DNA of 64,000 nucleotides from a virus (Duplodnaviria; Heunggongvirae; Uroviricota; Caudoviricetes): IMG/VR virus record IMGVR_UViG_3300020048_000080; one strand, 5' to 3'. Shown piece by piece: positions 58,154 to 64,000 of this stretch (position 1 is its first letter; each line of letters starts with the position of its first letter). The notes under the pieces were generated by a model. It saw only the letters and a program-made list of their open reading frames with translations, ran no database searches and was not told where the DNA came from. The position numbers and the translations under genes were made by a program.

Positions 58154-59995
58154 ATGGAAACAATGAGCATGTTAATGAGTTGGTGGTGGGTTATTCCTGT
58201 ACTACTTTCTTTCGTATTTTACAAATGGGTGTTCCGCCTATTTGGTATTTGGATTATACCCGAAGATAAAGTGGGTATAGTGACAAAAAAATGGAAAATT
58301 TTTGGTGAAAATAAAACCCTTGCAGAAGGTGAAATTTTCGCTTGTAACGGTGAAGCAGGTATTCAAGCAGATGTATTGAAACCAGGTATTTACTTCTGGT
58401 ACTGGCCTTGGCAGTATAGTATTGATATTGAGCCTCTTTTGGTAATTGAAAAAGGTAAAATTGGACTTATACAAGCAGAAGGTGGAAAAGAAATTCCAGT
58501 TGGTAGAATCCTCGCCCGTAAAGTAGAATGTGGACTTTTCCAAGATGGTAAAGCCTTCTTACAAACAGGTGGACAAAAAGGTCGCCAAACACAGTTCCTT
58601 ACAGCAGGTACCTATCGTATCAATCACCGTTTATTCAAAGTATTCAACTTTGATATTACAAAAATCACAGCAAATAGTGTAGGTATAATCACAGTACTTG
58701 ACGGTGAACCTTTGGAAAAAGATGCAATCGCAGGTCCAATAATTGGTGGTCACAATAACTTTCAAGACCCTGATGCGTTCCTTACAAACGGTGGTCGTAG
58801 AGGTTTACAAGAACAAGTTGTTCTTTCAGGATCATATAACTTCAATCCTTGGTTTATAAACTTTGAAGAAATTCCTATGACAGAAATTCCTATCTCACAT
58901 GTTGGAGTTGTTGTATCATATGTAGGACCAGAAGGTGTTGATGTTTCTGGTGAAGACTTCATACATGGTAATATCGTAGCAAAAGGAAATAAAGGTGTAT
59001 GGCAAAATACACTTGATCCAGGTAAATATCCTATCAATACCAAAATTATGCGGGTTGAAACAGTACCAACATACAACATCGTTCTGAACTGGGCAGATGC
59101 TCGTACAGAATCACATAATCTTGATGATAAACTTTCAACTATAACTGTTCGTTCAAAAGACGGTTTCAAGTTTAACCTTGATGTTTCACAGATTATTAAC
59201 ATATCTTATAATAAAGCACCTTACGTTATCGCACGATTCGGTTCTGTAAAGAACTTAGTATCACAGGTTCTTGAACCTACAATCGGTAACTACTTCCGTA
59301 ACTCTGCACAAAACTCAGATGTTATTGACTTCTTAGTAACTCGTTCCGAAAGGCAAAAAGAAGCAAAGATGCATATTAAAATCGTATTAGATGAATATGC
59401 TGTAACTGCTGTTGATACTTTGATTGGTGATATTGTGCCACCAGATGAACTTATGAAAACTTTAACTGACCGTAAAATTGCTGGTGAACAGGAAAAAACT
59501 TTCACTACACAAAAAATGGCACAGGAAAAACGTCAAGAACTTGAAAAACAAACCGCTATCGCAGAAATGCAGAAATCCCTTGTAGGTGCCGACCTTGGTG
59601 TTGAAATCTCAAAGAAAAATGCAAATGCCGCAATTGAAAGCGCAAGAGGTTCAGGAGAATCTGTGAAAATTAAAGCAGAAGCTGACGCTTTTATGAAGAA
59701 AGTAAACGGGGATGCCGAAGCATCAGCAATTCTCGCAACAGGTACCGCTACTGCCGAAGCTTACCTTAAAGCTGTTGAAGCTATGGGTAATAATAACTTC
59801 GCACAGTTCAAAATCATTGAAGAAATTGGTAAGAATAAAGTTAACATTATGCCACAAGTACTTATTATGGGTGGTAAAGATGGCGGAGGCTCAGGCTCAC
59901 CAATTGATGCCCTCCTTGGTATGAAAGTCCTTGAAAATATGGACAGATTAACCGAAGTTAATACTGTTAAAATAGAGGATAAAACGAATAAATAA
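58154..59995 (+). CDS. flotillin-like SPFH/band-7 protein (YqiK-like)
   Basis: N-terminal TM segment, an SPFH-like domain, and a long C-terminal Ala/Glu-rich coiled coil ('AEMQKSLVGADLGVEISKKNANAAIESARG...AEADAFMKKVNGDAEASAILATGTATAEAYLKAVEAMG'). Length 613 aa. Confidence 0.55.
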   Translation: METMSMLMSWWWVIPVLLSFVFYKWVFRLFGIWIIPEDKVGIVTKKWKIFGENKTLAEGEIFACNGEAGIQADVLKPGIYFWYWPWQYSIDIEPLLVIEKGKIGLIQAEGGKEIPVGRILARKVECGLFQDGKAFLQTGGQKGRQTQFLTAGTYRINHRLFKVFNFDITKITANSVGIITVLDGEPLEKDAIAGPIIGGHNNFQDPDAFLTNGGRRGLQEQVVLSGSYNFNPWFINFEEIPMTEIPISHVGVVVSYVGPEGVDVSGEDFIHGNIVAKGNKGVWQNTLDPGKYPINTKIMRVETVPTYNIVLNWADARTESHNLDDKLSTITVRSKDGFKFNLDVSQIINISYNKAPYVIARFGSVKNLVSQVLEPTIGNYFRNSAQNSDVIDFLVTRSERQKEAKMHIKIVLDEYAVTAVDTLIGDIVPPDELMKTLTDRKIAGEQEKTFTTQKMAQEKRQELEKQTAIAEMQKSLVGADLGVEISKKNANAAIESARGSGESVKIKAEADAFMKKVNGDAEASAILATGTATAEAYLKAVEAMGNNNFAQFKIIEEIGKNKVNIMPQVLIMGGKDGGGSGSPIDALLGMKVLENMDRLTEVNTVKIEDKTNK

Positions 59996-60077
59996 TCTTT
60001 GATTGTTTGAATGAAAAAAGGAAGTGATAAAAATCACTTCCTTTTTTTATATATATAGGTAAAAATAAAAATTTATC

Positions 60078-60254
60078 ATGGAAAGAAAAATTAACACATT
60101 TGGTCAATTTCGCGAAATTCTAAATGAAGGTAAAAAAGAGAAAAAAGGAAAGAAAGAAAAATGTAAAGAATGTGGTAAAAAGATGAAGAAATGTAAATGT
60201 GAAAAAACAGAAGATAAAAAAGAAGATAAAAAAGAAGAAAAATCTGAAGAATAA
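60078..60254 (+). CDS. small Lys-rich Cys-containing protein (58 aa), not in the supplied track
   Basis: 'KCKECGKKMKKCKCEK' Zn-knuckle-like, followed by a K/E tail. Confidence 0.25.
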   Translation: MERKINTFGQFREILNEGKKEKKGKKEKCKECGKKMKKCKCEKTEDKKEDKKEEKSEE

Positions 60255-61049
60255 TTATTCTATTTCAGGAATTTCCCTCTTCAAAACATTATGAATATGA
60301 TAATGCTTTATCCTCATCATAGCAATCACTTTAAGTTCCTTCTTCCAGTCCGTGTTAGATAAAACAAACTTTATTTTATCTCTCAGTTTTTCGTTATGTA
60401 TTGTTATCTTATACTCACCAGCATACCTTTTATCCTGTGGTGTTAATATCTTACCTGCACAACCAGAACCCCAATATACCATTCGCAAATCATAATCTTG
60501 AAAATCATCATAACCCTTAGTAGTTTCCCTTATGATTGAAATATCTTTCATCTTAAAATTAGGCTTCTTATTTAATTCACTTATAGGTCGCTTGTAAATA
60601 TTTAAACAACAATGTAATTTTCTATCTGTATAATTTTGTAATCCCAAATCCTCACTGTGAATTAAATCAAATTCATATAAACTCACAATATTATCTAATT
60701 GTGAAATAGGTAAAATAAATGAAACATAATCACCAAGTTCTATCGCTTTCTTGAAAAATTTAATAACCAACTGCATCTTAGGACCATAAGGAGGATTTCC
60801 TATAATTAGTCTTTTTTCTTTATAAGGTAAACTTAATTTAAGAAAATCTTGTTGAATAATACCCTTACACTCTGGCTCAATATCATACGCAGTACAAAAA
60901 AATAATTGATTAGAAAAAGAACCATCACCTGCACTCGGTTCTATAATATCGGAAATATTCTCCTCTCCAATTAATTCAAATGTTTTCTCAATACAATACT
61001 TTGAAAGTTCTACAGGTGTATAATACTTATCATTTTCTATTTTAGCCAT
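60255..61049 (-). CDS. N6-adenine DNA methyltransferase (gamma-class order: motif I then motif IV)
   Basis: Motif I 'IIEPSAGDGSF' followed by motif IV 'IIGNPPYGP'. Confidence 0.6.
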   Translation of the reverse strand: MAKIENDKYYTPVELSKYCIEKTFELIGEENISDIIEPSAGDGSFSNQLFFCTAYDIEPECKGIIQQDFLKLSLPYKEKRLIIGNPPYGPKMQLVIKFFKKAIELGDYVSFILPISQLDNIVSLYEFDLIHSEDLGLQNYTDRKLHCCLNIYKRPISELNKKPNFKMKDISIIRETTKGYDDFQDYDLRMVYWGSGCAGKILTPQDKRYAGEYKITIHNEKLRDKIKFVLSNTDWKKELKVIAMMRIKHYHIHNVLKREIPEIE

Positions 61050-61137
61050 ATGTATTTTATAAATTTTTTTGTCAAAAGTTTTTTTATTCGGAATTATATT
61101 ATATCTTTGTAGTTCAAATTAATCACTTAAAAAATAA

Positions 61138-61464
61138 ATGGAAAATATAGATCAGTTTGATACCTCTAAATATTGGAATCTTGAAAAAGGTAAAATTGAA
61201 TTGTATCTCATTAAGAAATCACCATATGGTAATTTCACGGAAAATAAGAAATACGTTGCCGAATGGGAGGAAGATATTGTTAAATATAGAGGTATTCATA
61301 GAATTTGCCATATATTTGAAATTACTGATGATGATGGTAAATTAGTTCATTTTTCTGATAATAAAAATACTAATCCTAAATCGGTACCTTATTTATATAA
61401 GTATTTTGTTACAACTAAAAAATTTAGAGCAATTAAATTAAAAAAATTAAAAAAAATATTATGA
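61138..61464 (+). CDS. hypothetical protein
   Basis: ORF only. Confidence 0.3.
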   Translation: MENIDQFDTSKYWNLEKGKIELYLIKKSPYGNFTENKKYVAEWEEDIVKYRGIHRICHIFEITDDDGKLVHFSDNKNTNPKSVPYLYKYFVTTKKFRAIKLKKLKKIL

Positions 61465-61778
61465 AAGATTTACAAAATAAGGCTGAAAACCTCGCAGCAC
61501 ATTTAAATGGTAACGGTTTCAATATTGAAACGGTTATTACTTATAATAAAGATCAAATTGTTTTCTTGAAAAAGGTATCAGAAGATACCGTAATTCTGAC
61601 ACAATATTTTGGTATTGGTTGGGGTGCTGGAGTACAATTAGTTTTTAATGTTATTAACGGTAAACTTGTATTTAGAAAAAAAGGTGTATTTGGATTTCGT
61701 ACCGATGTTTACGATACACCAGCAAATAATAATACTTTGAATAATTTAGTACAAATTGCACAAAATTATCCATTTTAA
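61461..61778 (+). CDS. hypothetical protein
   Basis: ORF; ATGA overlap. Confidence 0.3.
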   Translation: MKDLQNKAENLAAHLNGNGFNIETVITYNKDQIVFLKKVSEDTVILTQYFGIGWGAGVQLVFNVINGKLVFRKKGVFGFRTDVYDTPANNNTLNNLVQIAQNYPF

Positions 61779-61832
61779 TTTTTTAAATCAAAATAATGTT
61801 ATATCTTTGTAGTTCAATAAAAAATTAAAATT

Positions 61833-62021
61833 ATGTCATATAAATCAAACACAACATTCAAATATAGACCAGAAGAAATAAAGAAACTTATTTTGGAGGA
61901 CATCAAAAAGCACGGATACGAACTTGATGAAGATATCAAAATTGTGATTGAAAATGAAACATTAAAATACTTTGAACTTGAAGTTGTAAAAGTAGAGACA
62001 AACAAAAATAATCAAAAATAG
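61833..62021 (+). CDS. hypothetical small protein
   Basis: ORF only. Confidence 0.25.
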   Translation: MSYKSNTTFKYRPEEIKKLILEDIKKHGYELDEDIKIVIENETLKYFELEVVKVETNKNNQK

Positions 62022-62161
62022 AAAAAACTTAATTTTTTTAAATACTATATAATAACATGAAAACTTACAATAACATCAATTTACGACTCAACCTATTGTT
62101 ACAAAACGAGAGGACTGAGACTATTATGCTATTGTGATAAAAGAAATTTTATTAGGATTCT

Positions 62162-62195
62162 AAAAAACCTCAGTCAAAAACTGAGGTTTTTTTAT
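62162..62195 (+). terminator. intrinsic terminator (aacctcag-tcaaaaa-ctgaggtt followed by T7)
   Basis: Hairpin then a T-run. Confidence 0.6.
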
Positions 62196-62221
62196 TTTAA
62201 AGTTCTTTGATAGTTTGAAAT

Positions 62222-62360
62222 GGTTGATATAGTTTAAATGTAGTAACCCTACATAGAGGATAAAACACCTAGTGTTCACCACTTAATGACGAAAGCAGGT
62301 CGTAGTCATACTTACGATAGATTTATCTACTATACCAGTTCGATTCTGGTTATCAACCCA
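62222..62360 (+). ncRNA. tRNA-like element: perfect 7-bp acceptor pairing (gttgata/tatcaac) and a canonical T-arm (accag-ttcgatt-ctggt) enclosing a roughly 100-nt non-canonical insert
   Basis: The 3' end, T-arm, acceptor strand then 'c-caa', is spaced exactly as in the neighbouring tRNAs. The 5' side has no canonical D-arm or anticodon arm. Confidence 0.3.
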
Positions 62361-62364
62361 AAAA

Positions 62365-62450
62365 TGCAGATGTGGCGGAACTGGTAGACGCGGCAGACTT
62401 AAAATCTGTTGTCCCGTAGGGGACGTGTGGGTTCGACTCCCATCTTCTGT
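62365..62450 (+). tRNA. type-II tRNA, anticodon UAA (Leu)
   Basis: Acceptor gcagatg/cttctgt; D-stem gcg/cgc with a GG loop; anticodon stem gcaga/tctgt with loop cttaaaa; long variable hairpin gtccc-gtag-gggac; T-arm gtggg-ttcgact-cccat; 3' tail a-caa. Confidence 0.7.
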
Positions 62451-62460
62451 ACAAATTAAT

Positions 62461-62544
62461 GGTTGAGTGGTGAAATTGGTAAACACAGCAGGCTAAGAAC
62501 CTGCCGATATAAAAATCTTAAGGGTTCGAGTCCCTTCTTGACTA
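62461..62544 (+). tRNA. type-II tRNA, anticodon loop ctaagaa (anticodon AAG as read; Leu-type)
   Basis: Acceptor ggttgag/cttgact with G-U pairs; D gtg/cac; anticodon stem gcagg/cctgc; long variable arm; T-arm aaggg-ttcgagt-ccctt. A at position 34 is unusual. Confidence 0.5.
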
Positions 62545-62590
62545 CAAAAAAAAGTTCATCTTTTTTATTTTATATATACAAATAAAAAAG

Positions 62591-63304
62591 ATGAACTTTA
62601 TGAGAAATAATTATTCAATTGATATACTTAGGTATGCAAAAAAATACAAAGCAGTACAACTATTAGGTGGTAAATGTGAAAAATGTGGTGAAGATAGATT
62701 TTTTAGATTATCATTTCATCATACATCAGATGATAAAGAATATAATATAAATGAATTAAAAGGTTATAGATGGGAAATAATTGAAAAAGAAATTAAAAAA
62801 TGTAATTTATTGTGTAGAAATTGTCACTCAGAATTACATCATTTAAATACTGATGATACTGATTATAAAAAGAATAAAAAATTATATCTAAAATATAAAA
62901 ATATGGATAGTTGTGAGGAATGTGGATATAATAAATGTAATGAAAGTTTAACATTTCATCATAGAGATGATAAGAAAATCAAAATGTCAAAATGTAGAAA
63001 TGGTAAATTAAATAGAATTAAAGAAAGTATAATAGAAGAATTAAATAAATGTAAAATTCTTTGTCAAAATTGTCATATGGAAAAACATTCAAATTTAGAT
63101 TTTTTTAATGAAAATATAGATTCTATAATTGAAAAATCAAAAAATTTGAAAATTATATCTGGTAAAATTGATAGGGAAATAGTAAAAAAAATGTATTTTG
63201 AAAAAGGAATGAAACAAATAGAAATAATGAAATATTTTAATTGTGCAAAAGGAACAATATCAAGTATAATTAAAGAATTAAAAAATGAAAAAATAAAAGA
63301 CTAA
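62591..63304 (+). CDS. HNH homing-type endonuclease (two HNH-like Cys/His modules) located between tRNA genes
   Basis: 'CEKCGEDRFFRLSFHHTSD...LCRNCHSELHH' and a second 'CEECGYNKCNESLTFHHRDD...LCQNCHMEKH' module. The gene starts 46 nt after one tRNA and ends 2 nt before the next. Confidence 0.6.
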   Translation: MNFMRNNYSIDILRYAKKYKAVQLLGGKCEKCGEDRFFRLSFHHTSDDKEYNINELKGYRWEIIEKEIKKCNLLCRNCHSELHHLNTDDTDYKKNKKLYLKYKNMDSCEECGYNKCNESLTFHHRDDKKIKMSKCRNGKLNRIKESIIEELNKCKILCQNCHMEKHSNLDFFNENIDSIIEKSKNLKIISGKIDREIVKKMYFEKGMKQIEIMKYFNCAKGTISSIIKELKNEKIKD

Positions 63305-63306
63305 AT

Positions 63307-63390
63307 GGTCCGTTGGTGCAACTGGAGTGAGACACAATTGCCTTAGAAGCAATCCCTTAACTGGTGTGGGTTCGAGTCCCACACGGACTA
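63307..63390 (+). tRNA. type-II tRNA, anticodon UAG (Leu)
   Basis: Acceptor ggtccgt/acggact; anticodon stem attgc/gcaat with loop cttagaa; T-arm gtggg-ttcgagt-cccac. Confidence 0.65.
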
Positions 63391-63395
63391 CATAT

Positions 63396-63479
63396 GATCC
63401 TGTGATGCAACTGGAGTGAGACATGACACGCTTAAACCGTGTTCCTTAAATGGTGTGGGTTCGAGTCCCATCAGGATTA
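63396..63479 (+). tRNA. type-II tRNA, anticodon UAA (Leu)
   Basis: Acceptor gatcctg/caggatt; anticodon stem acacg/cgtgt with loop cttaaac; T-arm gtggg-ttcgagt-cccat. The D-loop is almost identical to that of the previous tRNA. Confidence 0.6.
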
Positions 63480-63487
63480 CAAAAAAT

Positions 63488-63571
63488 GGCTAAGTGGCGA
63501 AACTGGTAGACGCGCTGGTCTCAAAAACCAGTATCAGCAATGGTGTGTGGGTTCGACTCCCATCTTGGCTA
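63488..63571 (+). tRNA. type-II tRNA, anticodon CAA (Leu)
   Basis: Acceptor ggctaag/cttggct; D gcg/cgc; anticodon stem ctggt/accag with loop ctcaaaa; T-arm gtggg-ttcgact-cccat. Confidence 0.7.
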
Positions 63572-63694
63572 CAATTATTAAAAAACAAATTTATCTGAAT
63601 GAAAAAACAAAAAAAGAACTGCAAGAAATTATAAACATTTATATTTAAATTTCCTATAATATATATCTTTGTTGAAGATTGGTGGTCAGCCCCA

Positions 63695-63736
63695 GAAAAC
63701 GGTAAAATTTTTTTAATTTTACCGTTTTTCTTTTTC
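63695..63736 (+). terminator. intrinsic terminator (aacggtaaaatt...aattttaccgtt followed by a T-run)
   Basis: 12-bp AT-rich stem followed by 'tttttctttttc'. Confidence 0.5.
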
Positions 63737-63762
63737 GACTTAGTTAAAAAACTATATAGTAT

Positions 63763-64000
63763 ATGTCAATGATATACCTTATAGAATGTAGTCGGGATTA
63801 CGATACAGTTTACAAAATTGGTTATTCTAAAAATTCACCATCAAAAAGATCCGAAAGTTTTCAAACAGGAAATGATGGCAATTTAAAAGTTGTAGATAAA
63901 TTTCATTCTATTCATAATCAACAAGTTGAAAGGACTTTACATAGAATGTTGTCACATAAGAAAATAAATAGGGAGTGGTTTAGGTTAGATTTGGAGGATG
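63763..64000 (+). CDS. GIY-YIG-related (T5orf172/MUG113-like) endonuclease domain protein; 3' end lies outside the window
   Basis: 'IYLIEC...YKIGYSKNSPSKRSESFQTGN...LHRMLSHKKINREWFRLD' matches the T5orf172 pattern 'YKIGYT....R...LQTG.P.......LH..L...R...EWF'. Confidence 0.5.
   Translation, partial: MSMIYLIECSRDYDTVYKIGYSKNSPSKRSESFQTGNDGNLKVVDKFHSIHNQQVERTLHRMLSHKKINREWFRLDLED

Noticed and set aside
63439-63648. 69-aa plus-strand ORF
   Set aside because: It runs straight through two well-formed tRNA genes at 63396..63571; spurious.

Overview
Strongly AT-rich 64 kb window (roughly 30% GC by eye) that looks like part of a large virulent (T4-like or jumbo) phage genome. A heavily reduced bacterial genome is less likely. 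Genes are densely packed, mostly small hypothetical ORFs with frequent ATGA start/stop overlaps and many strand switches. Hairpin-plus-T-run intrinsic terminators sit at operon boundaries. At least three homing-endonuclease-type genes are present (two HNH, one GIY-YIG/T5orf172-like). The 3' end carries a cluster of five type-II tRNAs with an HNH endonuclease gene between them. Secreted proteins carry Bacteroidetes-style signal peptides (ending ...SYSQ, ...AISQ) and LVGC/AISC lipoboxes, which points to a Flavobacteriia/Bacteroidota-like host; this is inference.

Recognisable genes:
- Replication and nucleotide metabolism: a 5'-truncated SbcC/Rad50-like ATPase, thymidine kinase, a T4 gp1-like dNMP kinase, NAD-dependent DNA ligase LigA, adenylosuccinate synthetase PurA, and an Rnl-type RNA ligase.
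- NAD salvage: the pair PncA and PncB, plus a NADAR-like protein.
- Host-like translation and transcription factors: a multi-S1-domain protein, NusG, peptide deformylase, a tRNA nucleotidyltransferase/poly(A)-polymerase family enzyme, and a PrfH-like release factor.
- Proteolysis: a complete Clp set (ClpS, ClpA/C and ClpP).
- Signalling and envelope: a hybrid sensor histidine kinase with receiver domain, a bacterial flotillin, a DUF47/PhoU-like protein, an SLT-type transglycosylase, a calcineurin-like phosphatase, and a histidine phosphatase.
- Methylation: a gamma-class N6-adenine methyltransferase.

Most unusual features:
- The release-factor homolog lacks domain 1 and is interrupted by a single in-frame TGA at a conserved sense position.
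- A tandem array of eight plus four dispersed paralogous small genes ends in ...KYNL* and starts with an MKYLKTFE / MITKFKIFE leader. The roughly 35-nt gene junctions are conserved at the nucleotide level.
- The same leader is also fused to the nucleotidyltransferase, an HNH endonuclease and other proteins.
- A roughly 200-bp inverted coding repeat flanks an HNH-endonuclease segment.
- A roughly 350-nt GC-enriched structured leader or ncRNA ends in a terminator just upstream of a HAD-like gene.
- A tRNA-like element keeps a perfect acceptor stem and T-arm but contains a roughly 100-nt insert.

No CRISPR array, integrase or transposase was seen.
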